In this document: positions 31,039-42,525 of the stretch, in pieces
Numbering within the stretch: the first letter of the stretch is position 1
Layout of the letters: each line of letters starts with the position of its first letter
Source of the DNA: an uncultured Gammaproteobacteria bacterium
GTDB lineage: Bacteria; Pseudomonadota; Gammaproteobacteria; CAWCPV01
Length of the DNA: 64,000 nucleotides
Reading direction: 5' to 3'
NCBI GenBank assembly: GCA_963797555.1
Contig: CAWCPV010000009.1
Coordinates: forward strand, 96,001-160,000
Translations under genes and position numbers: made by a program
Notes under the pieces: model-generated
The model's input: the letters and a program-made list of their open reading frames with translations, nothing else
Told to the model about the DNA's origin: nothing
Databases searched by the model: none

Positions 31039-33047
31039 CCCGACTTCGCGGATTCGCGCGGCGATTGGCCCGCTGGCCAGGGGTAAGTGATTGTTTGTGG
31101 GGACCGTGGTGGGCCAAAAAGGGTCGAAATGCGCTGTAGTGAAGACCTTGCTTGTTTTCAAGGGGAAAAATCTGCGGATAATGATGTTCCATCATGTTTC
31201 TACGGGCCACGACGCGGAAGAAAGACGGCAAGGAGCACCGTTACTGGAGTATTGTCGAGAATAGGCGCCTGAGCGGTGGGCGCGTGCTGCAACGGCATGT
31301 GCTGTATTTGGGTGAGATCAACTCCTCGCAGGAGTTGGCGTGGCGCAAATCCATTGAGGTGTTCGAAGACGGGGCGCTGACACCGCGCACGATGTCGTTG
31401 TTTCCCGAGGAGCGATCTGAAGAGCTGTCGAGGGATGCTTCGGTGGTACGTTTGCGGCTGAAAGAATTGCGGCTGTGCCGACCGCGGCAGTGGGGTGCGT
31501 GTTGGCTGGCGCTGCAACTGTGGGAGGAATTGCAGTTAGATCGCTTCTGGTGGGAACGGTTAACGCCGAGTCGCAAGGGCACTCGGTGGGATCAGGTGTT
31601 ATTCGTGCTCGTGGCCTATCGGTTGCTGGCACCGGGCAGCGAGTGGCGGTTGCACCGGGAGTGGTTTGGCCGTACGGCCTTGACGGATTTGCTCGGAGCG
31701 GATGCGGCGCTCTCCGACAGCCACCGGCTGTATGTCTGTCACGACCGCTTGCTGGAGCACAAGGTGGCGGTCTTTGACCATCTGGTGCGGCGGTGGCGGG
31801 ATCTGTTCAATGCCACCTTCGAGGTGCTGCTCTACGACCTCACGAGCACCTACTTTGAGTGTGAGCCCCCGCAGTCGGAGCAGGACAAACGACGCTTTGG
31901 CCACTCGCGCGATAAGCGCAGGGACTGTGTGCAGGTGGTGATCGCCTGGGTGGTGACCCCGGAAGGCTTGCCCTTGGCCTATGAAGTGTTGGCGGGCAAT
32001 ACGGCCGACAAGACGACGTTGAAGGAGTTCCTCGCGCGCATTGAGCGTCAGTACGGAAGAGCGCAGCGGATCTGGGTGATGGACCGCGGCATTCCGACCG
32101 AAGCGGTGCTGGAAGAGATGCGCGCAAGTGACCCGCCAGTGCACTGACCTGGTGGGCACGCCCAAGGGGCGGCTCAGCAAATTGGAGAACGCGCTGCTGC
32201 TCAAGCCGTGGCGGGAAGCGCGCCCCGGCGTAGCCGTGAAACTGTTGCCGCAGGAGTGGGGAGCTGTATGTGTACGCGCAAAGTGAACAGCGCGTGGCGA
32301 AGGAGCGTGCGATACGACGGCGCAAGCTGAAGTGGTTGTGGGCGCGGTTGAAGAAACTCGCGACCATGCAACTCACCCGCGAGCAGCTGCTGATGAAGCT
32401 CGGTGCGGCGCGCCAACACGGCCCAGCGGTATGGCGCTTGGTTCAACTGGAGGTCGACCCCAAGGACGCCACGTTTAGCTACCGCCTGCGCCGCGATAAG
32501 CTGCGTGAAGTGCGCCGGCGCGAAGGACGGTATCTGCTGCGCACCAATCTCACCGACACCGATCCCGCCAAGCTATGGGGGTTTTACCTGCAACTGGTGG
32601 CGGTGGAAGAAGCATTCAAGAATCTCAAGGGGGATTTGGCCATTCGGCCAATCTTTCATCAACACATCGAGCGTATCGAAGCCCATATCTTCATTGCCTT
32701 TCTTGCCTATTGTCTGCATGTCACGCTCGGGCGACGTTTGCATGCGCTCGCGCCTGGATTAACCACGCGCAGCGTGCTGGAGAAATTCGCCGCCGTGCAG
32801 ATGGTCGACGCACAGGTGCCGACCACCGATGGGCGCGAATTGACGTTCACCCGCTACACCCAACCTGAGCCAGAACTGCAACTGCTCCTAGCGCAGTTGA
32901 AGCTCGAACTGCCCGCACCACCAGCTCCGAAAATCAGCACCGCCCACACTGCCTCAGCCGCCGCGATGTAGTGCAGACCTTGCCAGGCGCCCTCTCGCAA
33001 TTTCAACCACTTACGCTATCCCTACCCCGCGAATCCGCGAAGTCGGG
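31039..33047 (+). mobile_element. IS1634-family insertion sequence
   Basis: Perfect IR CCCGACTTCGCGGATTCGCG at both ends, flanked by CTAG on both sides. Confidence 0.9.
31194..32971 (+). pseudogene. IS1634 transposase with premature stop (32145) and frameshift
   Basis: MFLRATTRKKDGKEHRYWSIVE, LLYDLTSTYFE, VMDRG, VEEAFKNLKGDLAIRPIFH. Confidence 0.88.
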
Positions 33048-34239
33048 CTAGGACCGGCAGCGGTGCCAAGACATTCCGGTGCCGCAGCCCGATGGCGGTC
33101 ACGCCTTCCGGGCCATCGGGCGGGGCCTCGATCGCTGCGGCGATAAGCTGTTCGAGCTGCTTCGCCTGCTCGGGCTCGGTAACCGCAATCCGTTCGCCCC
33201 GGAGGCACAGCGCCGGATGTGTGTGGAGAATGGATTTCGCCAGGGGGTTGAGATACCGCACTCGGCCCGCGCTATCGAGCAGCACCAGTCCGATGACCAG
33301 GCGGTCGAGGCTCGCGTGGAGCACCTCGTCCCGCCGGCCGAGCCGCACGAACTGCTCATGGAGGCGAGAGCGCGCTGGAAGTGCGGGGCGAGCTGCGTGA
33401 GGAGATCCAGCTCGTCCGCGGCCCAGGGCCCTTGGCTGCGCCCCCGGTGGAGGGTGATGGCGGCGGTACAGGTGTCGTCCCGGAACAGGTGTACGCCAGC
33501 GACGTGGTAGTAGTCGTAGGGCTCCATGAACTCGGCGTAGAACTCGCCGCAGAGGCGTTCCAGCTCGGATCGGGAAGGCGCCAGGAGTGATCGGCCCAGG
33601 CCGCGCCGAGGGGCACGGCCTCCGCGCTCAGTCGGTAGAGGGGGTCGAGCCGCCGGTAGTACTCATGGTACGCCCTCTCCGCGTCCGGGGCGACGCCGTG
33701 GACGACGGTGAGGTCGGCTTGCGGGTTCTCCAGGTTGCGATAGACAAGCGCCGAAGAACGAGACCGCGTCAGCTCCGCCAGTCCTTTCAGGACATCCGCC
33801 CAGCGTTTTCGGTCCTGACTCGCCTTGCAGATGTTTCCCGCGAGATCGAGCACGGCCTTCGGTGACGGCTCCATGGCTTTTCTTCTGATGCTGGTTGTCG
33901 AGCCACGTGCTCCGGGAGCAAGCGGACGCGTCCGGATACCATGATGGATAGCGAAACGCATTGTTGCATCACCTGTTTGGGTGATAGCTCGCGGAGGTAA
34001 GCCCCGCCTCTGGCGGGCGACGCCCTGGCGTTTGATCTATACGGCAGGAATCGAAAGGGCAAGCCCTTCTATTCCCTCCTTCTTGACGGGCCATCAACGG
34101 GGAGGGCGAGGGCTGAGGGTGAACGGTGTGCCACCTGTCGACCTTTCACCCTCTTCCCAGCCTTCCCCCATCCAGGGGGAAGGGGACATTGCCGCCTTGC
34201 GCGGCTCACCGTTTTATTAGGCGCCGTGGTCGGCACCTA

Positions 34240-34275
34240 TCCAAACAGCCCCCGGCTCGGCGGGGCTGTTTGATT
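34240..34275. terminator. Hairpin, possible terminator
   Basis: CAAACAGCCCC...GGGGCTGTTTG inverted repeat. Confidence 0.4.
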
Positions 34276-34429
34276 GACTCAAAGCCGTGAACTCGCCCAT
34301 GTGCCTCGGGCCTCGGAGCCTCACGCCGCGCTGGCATGGCCGGGCCGGGTCCGCGCTGACCCGGCGGACCGGTTGGTCGGCCAAAGCGGGATTCCTGCAG
34401 GTAAAGGGATGTGCGAACCCGAACAACTC

Positions 34430-34454
34430 GTTAAACTGACGGTTGTTGTTTAAC
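34430..34454 (+). promoter_or_regulatory. Palindromic operator upstream of the toxin-antitoxin pair
   Basis: GTTAAAC-N11-GTTTAAC about 30 bp upstream of the antitoxin ATG. Confidence 0.5.
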
Positions 34455-34481
34455 TCGCGGAGCGGAGTCCGGAGTCCGTCC

Positions 34482-34724
34482 ATGGTCATCGTCAAGACAC
34501 TCGCAAAGGGCCAGATAGTCATACCAGCCGCCGTGCGCCGGCAGCTCGGCATCGAGCCCGGCTCGGTGCTCGAGATGACCGTTGTGGAGAACCACTTGGA
34601 GCTGCGCCCGCTGCCGCGGGACCCGGTGGCGGCTTTCCGCGGCTCCCTGGCGAAGCGCCCGTCCCTCGCCGAGGCGCTGGTCGAGGAACACCGAGAAGAA
34701 GTCAAACGCGATGAAGGGCGTTAG
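34482..34724 (+). CDS. AbrB/MazE/SpoVT-family antitoxin
   Basis: KTLAKGQIVIPAAVRRQLGIEPGSVL signature. Confidence 0.88.
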   Translation: MVIVKTLAKGQIVIPAAVRRQLGIEPGSVLEMTVVENHLELRPLPRDPVAAFRGSLAKRPSLAEALVEEHREEVKRDEGR

Positions 34725-35103
34725 GCGCTATGTGCTGGATGCCTGCGCCCTGCTGCGTCTCGCCCAGGACGAGGCGGGTGCGGACCGGGTTGCGGAGATC
34801 ATGCAAGAAGCCTCCAGTGGACAGTGCCACCTCCTGCTGCACGTCATCAATTTCGGTGAAGTGGTTTACCGGGTCGGGAAGGTATTCGGCTGGGAAACCG
34901 CCGAGCGAAAGCGAGGCGAGATGGCTCTCTTGCCGATGAGGGTGGTGGAGTTCGACGAAGATACCTTCTGGCAGGCGGTCCGACTCAAAGCCGAACACCC
35001 GCTTTCCTACGCTGACTGCTTCGCCGCGGCGCTTGCGCCGAGAGAAGGGGCAGCGGCTGAGTGCGCTGAAGGGAGACCGCAGCCGTCCAATGTTTCCTGC
35101 TGA
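34711..35103 (+). pseudogene. vapC: VapC (PIN domain) toxin, 3'-truncated
   Basis: YVLDACALL, NFGEVVY, LSYADCFAAALA; the final TGD motif is replaced by unrelated sequence. Confidence 0.8.
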
Positions 35104-35480
35104 CCAGCTTTGCGGCGAGGTAATACCGATAGCCCGTCGCTTCTCGCAGCCAGTCATAGAACCAGTGGCGGTCCATCTCGCGGTCCGCCAGGTACTGGTA
35201 GTCGTAATGCCATTGCCGCTCCGGGTGAGTGAAGAAGCGCTCGGTCCGAGGACAGGAGGGCATGATCTCGATCGCGTAGGGCTGCAGCATCTCGTCAGGC
35301 ATCTCGTGCTTGACGAGGAAGAGACCTTGCCGCGTCGCGTTATCGATGAGTCCCATCAGGATGCCCGGGACTCCGCAGAACTCGCAGACCTGCTGCAGGG
35401 CGCTGGGCCAGAGAGAGCCATCCAGAGCGGCCTCGTACATCGAGCCGATGACATCGAGGAGCTTGTCGTCAGTCGCCACG
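35055..35480 (-). pseudogene. N-terminal fragment of a third LuxR-type regulator
   Basis: DKLLDVIGSMYEAALDGSLWPSALQQV...FYDWL resembles the N-terminus of 17465-18646; ends at the vapC junction. Confidence 0.65.
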
Positions 35481-35492
35481 CCGCGGTTCTCA

Positions 35493-35620
35493 GAGTTCTG
35501 AAGAAATCGTCGCGACGGCCCGAGAGCAAGGCGCACGGAGCGCAGCGACGAGACATATCAAGTAGATAGGCGAGGAGCGAGCACCGCGCAACGCCGCTAT
35601 CGGACGCGCGGTTTCACTCC
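35493..35620 (-). repeat. MITE copy (short form)
   Basis: Reverse complement matches the core of 51926-52474 without inserts, including CTACTTGATATGTCTC. Confidence 0.75.
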
Positions 35621-35900
35621 AGTCTGGTATCGGGGCGTGTCGATTTTGAACGTGGCCGGTGTCGTTGGCTTGCTTTGCACTACCCAACCGAGGTTGGTAT
35701 CCCCCGGACACCTTGCCCGCAGGCTTCATCAGACCAGCGCCCCCAAAGCGCGTCTCTTGTTCGAGGAATACCCGTGGACGCGCGTCTAGCGCGGGCTTCT
35801 CGCCTCGACCTTCGGCCTTCCATGGCTGGTCGCTGGCGCAGGGGAAGAGTAGTCCCGGTGCCCGGACCAGTCAACACCACTCATGGTTCGGGCGCGAGAC

Positions 35901-36768
35901 TCACTGCCCGCTCAGCCACCGGGCGGCGTTTGCGGCATAGGTCTTGATGTCGAAGAGGCGGGCAGGCTCACGCTGAAGGTCGTCTCCGACCGGGTCGGTG
36001 ACAAAGGTCGGGCACCCTCGCGAGGTATCCCAGTTATAGTCGGCGAAATGGTGGAAGCTCGAGTGGGCGAGGGCACGACCTTCGCCTGACGCGCCGCCAT
36101 CAAAGGCCACGAGGAGGTTAAACGTACGGCCGGTGACAGTGCTTTTCCCGGTCGCGATGACACGCGCGCGCTCGTCCGCCGGCGCACTGACCGCGCCTTC
36201 GTGCGGATGGGCGGGGAAGTCGCGAATCGCTGAGCCATCCGCGCGGCGCAAGACCGGGTGAAGCTCTCCCGCCGCCACGATTCTCCTGCACGTCGCCGTT
36301 CTCGCCCGAGTGGTAGTTGGGCCACGAGATGTTCGGGGCGCCGGTGTCGTCCACCTGGCAGCGCTCCGGGCTCTCCGGGTTCTTGGTGTGGAAGTGATGC
36401 GCTGCACCCACGCCCCCGAGCGTGCAGACGGAGGAGCCAAGGTCCTCGTGGTCTCGCGCGACCAGAAGGCCGCCGCCCGCCCTGCTAAACCGACTGATGG
36501 CGACGCAGTCATTCTCCGTCAGGCCGTCCCCGGTGTCGACGGCGAACAGCCACAGCTCGTCAATGTCCGAGCGATTGATGGTGGAGAGGACCGGGTCACC
36601 GCCGTCAGCGGACCTGTCGCGGGCGATGACCTCGTAGAGAGGAGCACCGCTCTGGTCCGTCAGCGACGCGAGGTGGTCTCGCAGGAGCGAGAAGCGTCCG
36701 ATGTGCCAGTCGTCGGGGGTCGTCGCAATGGTCGTCTGTAGGAGGATGCGGACGGCTCGCGGGGGCAT
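35901..36768 (-). pseudogene. Conserved hypothetical protein, frameshift near 36285
   Basis: ILLQTTI...DDWHIGRFSLL, ELWLFAVDTGDGL, HPHEGAV, SSFHHFADYNWD across two frames. Confidence 0.7.
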
Positions 36769-37059
36769 GCGTGTTTTCTCCTCACTTGGCCTAGAACTGC
36801 TCAATGGATGGCGTTTTCAGCTCCCTCGCTCTCGGTCGCTCCGCAGTTCCATCAGGCGTGTAGGCGTGCACCTTAGGTGGCAATGTCAGAGGATACAGGA
36901 TAGGAAATTGAACCGACTCAGAGTAGCGAAAGGGTAGTCCTGGGGCGCAGTACCAGTCAACACCAGGTGAGGTTTGTGGCGATGTCGGCGCAGTGGGGCA
37001 GGTCCTCGGGGCGAATCTGACTGCCCGAGGCTGGCCGGACCGAGCCAAAAGGTGGCTTG

Positions 37060-37237
37060 GGGGATGAATTCAGGGAGTTTCCTGGCGAGCTGCGCGAACG
37101 GAGCAGCGACCGAATGGCAGGATAGCCATTCGGCACGTCCGCAGGACGCCCGAAGGGGTGGCGTACAGGGAGGTACGCCATGACCACCGTGCAACGCCGC
37201 CGTACCGGGACGCGCGCTCGGTCTGTTGAGAGGGCTC
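37060..37237 (-). repeat. MITE copy with internal palindromic insert, at the WD40 gene stop codon
   Basis: Contains CATGGCGTACCTCCCTGTACGCCACCCC...GAATGGCTATCCTGCCATTCGGTCGCT as in 51978-52060. Confidence 0.65.
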
Positions 37238-39600
37238 TCAGCTCTGCCACTCAAGGGCCCAGATGCGTACCAGGCCGTCGCGTCCCCCGGAGGCGACGTG
37301 GCGCATGTCCCGCGAGACGGACACCGAGTGGACCCAGCCGTCATGCCGACCCAACGTACGCAGACACTGTCCTGTGACCAAATCCCAGAGGCGCACCGTG
37401 CCGTCGTTGCTGCCGGAGACGGCATACTGCGCGTCGGTGCTCCAAGCGATGCCGGTGACCGCGTCGTCGTGGGCCTCCAAACTGAGCAGGCAGCGCCCGG
37501 TTTGGACGTCCCAGAGCTTGAGCGTGGTGTCGTCACTGCCGGATAGTGCTGTCTGCCCGTCACGCGCAAGGCATACCGCGGTCACGCTGAGGGCGTGGCC
37601 CTCGAAGGTGCGAATGCAGTCCCCGCCCCTCAGATCCCAGAGCTTCAAGGTCCGGTCACCGCTGCCGGAGAGCACATAACGGTCCTCCCGGGAGACCCAT
37701 ACCGAGCGGATGCGGTCTTCATGGCCGACCAAAGTGCGGACGCCCTGCGCGCCGGACACGTCCCACACGCGCACCACGGGCTTGCGCCCCCCGGAGACCG
37801 CAAAGCGTCCGCTGCCACCGATGTGCACCGCGGCCACATCGTCAGGATGCCCGGTGAGAATGCTCAAGCACTGCCTGGTCACTACCTGCCACAGACGCAA
37901 GGTCCTGTCGTTGCTTCCGGAGAGGGCCCGGCCGCCGTCGCGAGTCAGAGCGAGGGTGTTGACGCCGAGGCTGTGTCCTTCGAAAACGCCCACCGCTTGG
38001 CCGGTGGCAATGTTCCAAAGGCGCAAGGTGCCGTCGTTGCTCCCCGACAGCACGTGCTGCCCGCCCGGTGTGATCGCGACGGCGTTGACCCAGCTCCCGT
38101 GTCCCTCGCACGCGGCGGTCTGTCGGACGGCCACGAAGCGCTTGCGCGGCAACGCTTGGGGCGAGGTGGCTCGCTTCGCGCCGAGCGCCCCTTTGGGCCG
38201 CGTTGCAGCGCGGTCCGCCTTCGGGGGCGGCGTCGGGATGACCTTATGTCGTGAAGCAGCAAGGGGCGCCGTGTAGGGCTCCTGACCGGTGTCCAGTTGC
38301 CACCACCGCAGGGTCCCGTCTCCCCCGGCGGACAAGGCGCACCTCCCGTCCGCGGTGAGCTGCACCGAGGCGACGCCCGCCCCGTGTCCCTCGAATGTGC
38401 GGGTGCATCGTCCGGACTCGACGTCCCATAGCTTCAGAGTACGATCCCAGCTTGCGGACACCGCACGCCGGCCGTCCCGGTCCAGGCGTACCGCTTGTAC
38501 CCAGCTCTGGTGCCCCCTCAGTACGCGCAGGCAGCGTGCGGTCGCCAGCTCCCAGACGCGCACCGTGTTGTCGTCACCGCAGGACGCCGCACGGCTCTCG
38601 TCCGCGGAGAGCGCCACGTCGAGGACCAGATTGCTGTGACCGGCGAAACCGGGGAGCGAAGTGCCGTCGACCACGTCCCATAGGCGGATGGTGCCGTCCC
38701 AGCTCGACGACAGCGCGTGGCGACCGTCACGAAACAGACGCACGGCTGTGACCGCGAGGTCGTGGCCCTTCAGGATGCGCAGGCACTCGCCGGTTGCGAC
38801 GTTCCCACAGTCTCATGGTGCGGTCATCGCTCCCGGAGAGGGCGTGTCGCCCGTCGCCGCTGAGGACCGCCGAGGCGACCAAGTCGCCATGCCCGGTCAG
38901 GGTCCGCAACAGTTGACCGCTGCCGTGGTCCCAGAGCTTGAGGGTGAGGTCGGTTCCAGCGGACAGGATCAGTCGATTTGCGCCGTCCACGGAGACGGTG
39001 AGCACGCTGCCGTGATGGGCCTGGAGCATGCGGTCGCACTCGCCTTTCGGAAGGCTCCATAGGCGCAGAATCCCGTCGTCGCCTCCGGACACCGCTGTCC
39101 GTGCGTCCCCCGCCAGGGCGAGCGCATTGACGGGTGTCCCCGACTCCCCGAAGCTGTGGAGTAGTCGCCGCGATTCAGGCAGGCGGGTCCGGGCGAAGTC
39201 CAATGCTTCCTCTAGTGCCTGACCTACCGCTCCGCCGGTCGCCGCAGCCTGCAGGGCGCTGGCCGCGCCCTGGCAGTCGTCCCGTTCCAAATGGGCGAGC
39301 CCAAGGAGGTAGCTGCTGGTCCAGTCGGGGTGGTTGGCCTCCACGGCTTCCCGCAGGTCGCGGATGAGTGCGGCATCATCGGCGCGTGCGTTTCGCCATT
39401 GCGCCAGACCGAGGTTGTATACCGCCTCGGGATGGTGCGGGAAGTGCTCCAACGCGTCTTTCCAAAGCGCGATGGCGGCATCGAGGTGGCTCTTCTGGAA
39501 CAGCGCTACGGCACGGTCGTTCAATTGGTCCGCAGCGGCCAGGCCCTGCGATGTTCTGGCCGGGGGTGACTTAGGAGGCAATGGAGAAGCTCGCGGTTGG
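37238..39600 (-). pseudogene. TPR + WD40-repeat protein, frameshift near 38805, start uncertain
   Basis: TPR (LNDRAVAL...PEAVYNLGL) then about 14 GH...SGSxDxTLxLWD repeats. Confidence 0.8.
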
Positions 39601-39764
39601 AGAACGAGGACGGTGTCGCGAACGCGAAGGGTAGAGAGGGTAGCTGAGGGCCCGCCCCCTGTCGAGGGGCGGAGGCCGCTGCTTCCGCCTCGACATCCTT
39701 GCTCCCACAATCGAAGGGGTACTGGTACGCGCAGAATCCGGCTGCGCGATGGGCTCGCGGGCCG

Positions 39765-39932
39765 TCAGCGCCACTTCCGCAAGGCTTGACCGATGAGGTC
39801 GATGAGGAACAGGACTACGAACAACAGAAACAGGATCTTCGCGATGTCGATCGCTGCGGACGCTGTGCCGGCAAATCCGAGAACTGCTGCCACGACCGCC
39901 AGGACGAGAAAGAGGAAAGCCCAGCTCAACAT
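39765..39932 (-). CDS. DUF1328 (YtjA-like) small membrane protein, 55 aa
   Basis: [44 protein letters not shown] family pattern; not in the ORF track. Confidence 0.85.
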   Translation of the reverse strand: MLSWAFLFLVLAVVAAVLGFAGTASAAIDIAKILFLLFVVLFLIDLIGQALRKWR

Positions 39933-40081
39933 CGGAGGGTCCCGCGAGCTTTCACGGGAGCCGATCCCCGCCGGGCACTGTCCGGGCTGCTGCGAATGAG
40001 CCTATGATCGCCGCCGAGCATCGATTGAGACATCTCAAGAGTAAACCGACTCCTGGCTGCCGGTACAAGTCCCGCGTGCAG

Positions 40082-41134
40082 ATGCACGATACGCTGCTGC
40101 CGTCGCGACGGGGGCGAAGGGTCCTGCGGCGGCTGCTCACAGGCGCGCTCGCGGCGATGGCACTGACCGGCTGCGCCGGCGCCCCTCCGCGCACCAACCA
40201 GTCGGCGGCGCCGCCACGGCTCATGCGGGATTGGGTAATCACCAGCGACGGTTACCGGCTGCCGCTCTCCACCTGGCTGCCTGCCGGTCGGGACCCAGAC
40301 GCCGTCCTGGTCGCTCTGCACGGCTTCAATGACTACCGCCGCTCGTTCGCTGGCCTCGCCGGGTACCTGGCCGCACAGGGGGTCGCCGTGTATGCGTACG
40401 ATCAGCGGGGGTTCGGCGCCACGCGTCGCCCAGGACATTGGGCGGGCAAGGATGCCCTCGAGCGGGATTTCGTCGAGGTGGTGACGCTGCTGCGGGAACG
40501 CTACCCGGAGATACCGCTGTATGCGTTGGGCGACAGCATGGGCGCGCCTGTCACGATGGTCGCTCTCGTACGCGAGCCGCAGTTGCCCGTAAAGGGGGCG
40601 GTGCTGGTGGCACCAGCCGTGTGGGGCGGCCAGAGCCTGAATCCGATCTACCGCGCCGTCCTGTGGCTGGGAGCGCACACCGTGCCGCGGCTGAGGGTGA
40701 GCGGGCGCGGGCTGAAGCTAATGGTTACGGACAACGAGGACGTCCTCAAGGAGATGCGGGCGGACCCCCTGGTCCTGAAGCAAGCCCGTCTGGATGCCCT
40801 GTACGGTGTCGTGCAGCTCATGGACCAGGCCGTGGACACCACGCCCCGGCTGCGCACGCCGCTTCTGATCCTCTACGGCGAACGGGACCAAGTCATTCCG
40901 AAGAAGGCCGTGTGCCGGACGCTGGGGCGCCTGCAGGTGTCCCATCGGGACTTGTTCTACGGACGGGGCTACCACTTGCTGCTGCGTGACCGTGCGGCGC
41001 CGCTCGTTTGGCGGGACATCGCGGCCTGGCTTCACGGAAAGCAGCCGCGCAACGGCGGGCCGCCGGATTGCGGCCAGGAGGGCGCCCCTCGCCTTCGGGC
41101 CGCTCGCGACCATTTCCACCGACGCGGAGCCTAA
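40082..41134 (+). CDS. Alpha/beta hydrolase (lysophospholipase-like), probable lipoprotein
   Basis: ALHGFNDY, YDQRGFG, GDSMG nucleophile, YGERDQVIP, GYHLLLRD; LTGC lipobox. Confidence 0.88.
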   Translation: MHDTLLPSRRGRRVLRRLLTGALAAMALTGCAGAPPRTNQSAAPPRLMRDWVITSDGYRLPLSTWLPAGRDPDAVLVALHGFNDYRRSFAGLAGYLAAQGVAVYAYDQRGFGATRRPGHWAGKDALERDFVEVVTLLRERYPEIPLYALGDSMGAPVTMVALVREPQLPVKGAVLVAPAVWGGQSLNPIYRAVLWLGAHTVPRLRVSGRGLKLMVTDNEDVLKEMRADPLVLKQARLDALYGVVQLMDQAVDTTPRLRTPLLILYGERDQVIPKKAVCRTLGRLQVSHRDLFYGRGYHLLLRDRAAPLVWRDIAAWLHGKQPRNGGPPDCGQEGAPRLRAARDHFHRRGA

Positions 41135-41964
41135 GGGCTCCGGGCCAGACCAGCCACATACGCGGCCAGACCCTCCTGCCAGGGAGGCAGCGAGATCTCG
41201 GGATCTTGCAGTGTCGTGAGGACACTGTAGCGCGGTCGTCGCGCGGGCCGGGGGAACGCGGCGGTGGGGACGGGGACCACGGGGGTCCTGATCCCGAGGC
41301 ACTCGTACAGGCTTCGCGCCACTTCGAACCAGCTCGCCTCCCCGCGCCCCGCCAAGTGATACGTGCCGTAGGCGCCGGTATCGATGAGCTCTGCGATGGC
41401 CTGCGCCAGGTGAGGTGCGTAGGTGGGTGAGCCGTACTGGTCGCTGACCACCCGCACCTCGGGTTGCTCGGCCAGGCCGCGGATCGCGTTGAGGAAGCTT
41501 CGACCGTCGACGTGGTACAGCCAGGCGGTGCGCACCACATAGTGACGTGGGTTGATCTCCCGAACCTCCAACTCGCCGGCGAGCTTGCTGGCGCCGTAGA
41601 CGGAGGTGGGGTTGGGCCGGTCGAACTCGTGATATGGCCTCGAAGCGGTGCCGTCGAACACGTAGTCGGTGGACACCTGCAGCACGGGGATCCGCTGCTC
41701 CGCGGTGGCCACGGCGCAATTGCGGGGGCCCCGGGCGTTGACGACATACGCCGTCTCCGCCTGGGTCTCGGCGTCGTCCACGCGCGTGAAGGCCGCCGCG
41801 TTGATGACCAGATCCGGACGGTGGTGCCGCACCGCGGCGCGCACGCCCTCCAGGCCGGTGACATCCAGCTTGCCGTGGTCCAAGGCGATCACGCTGTGCC
41901 GCACCAAGGCCTCGCCCAGCGCGCGGCCAAGTTGGCCGCCGGCCCCTGCCAGCAGGATCTTCAT
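41131..41964 (-). CDS. rfbD: dTDP-4-dehydrorhamnose reductase
   Basis: [28 protein letters not shown]. Confidence 0.93.
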   Translation of the reverse strand: MKILLAGAGGQLGRALGEALVRHSVIALDHGKLDVTGLEGVRAAVRHHRPDLVINAAAFTRVDDAETQAETAYVVNARGPRNCAVATAEQRIPVLQVSTDYVFDGTASRPYHEFDRPNPTSVYGASKLAGELEVREINPRHYVVRTAWLYHVDGRSFLNAIRGLAEQPEVRVVSDQYGSPTYAPHLAQAIAELIDTGAYGTYHLAGRGEASWFEVARSLYECLGIRTPVVPVPTAAFPRPARRPRYSVLTTLQDPEISLPPWQEGLAAYVAGLARSP

Positions 41965-42525
41965 GCGCCTCGGTCCTCGAAGGAAGGCAGGCGGTCCATC
42001 AGGTCGCGCAGGCGCGGCGCGGCGCGGTCCTTCTCGGACAGGAGAGGCGTCGCAACAGGCCAGCGAATGGCCAGTTCGGGGTCGTTCCAAAGCACGGTCA
42101 GCTCGTCAGCCGGGTCGTAGTACGCCGTGCACTTGTATTCCACGTGGGCGTACCGGCTGAGGACGCAGAAGCCGTGGGCAAATCCGGGCGGAATGTAGCA
42201 CTGGCGGAGGTTCTCGCCGGACAGGGTGACGCCTACCCAGCGCGCGAGGCTCGGTGAGCCCTTGCGGATGTCGACCGCCACGTCGAAGATCTCTCCCTCC
42301 ACTACCCGTAGCAGCTTGCCCTGCGGTCGGCGGGTCTGGGCGTGCAGACCCCGCAAGGTGCGCTGCACCGACATCGAATGGTTGTCCTGGACGAAAGTCG
42401 CGAAGATACCGCCGACGCGGTATTTCTCGGCGTGGTGGGTCTCCAGGAAGAAGCCACGGGGGTCGCGGTAGACGTTCTGGCTCGATCACCACGACCTCGG
42501 GCAGTTCGGTGGGCAGGAATCTCAT
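41961..42525 (-). pseudogene. rfbC: dTDP-4-dehydrorhamnose 3,5-epimerase, frameshift near 42475
   Basis: FVQDNHS...[31 protein letters not shown]. Confidence 0.9.

Larger units (their letters stand above)
30706..33874 (-). pseudogene. LuxR-type HTH regulator interrupted by IS1634 and frameshifts
   Basis: Start MEPSPKAVLDLAGNI at 33874; removing the IS and one CTAG gives LPVLGVAV...YGLTLAEARVAVAV...TIRTQLQSVFQKVGVRRQSELV. Confidence 0.8.
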
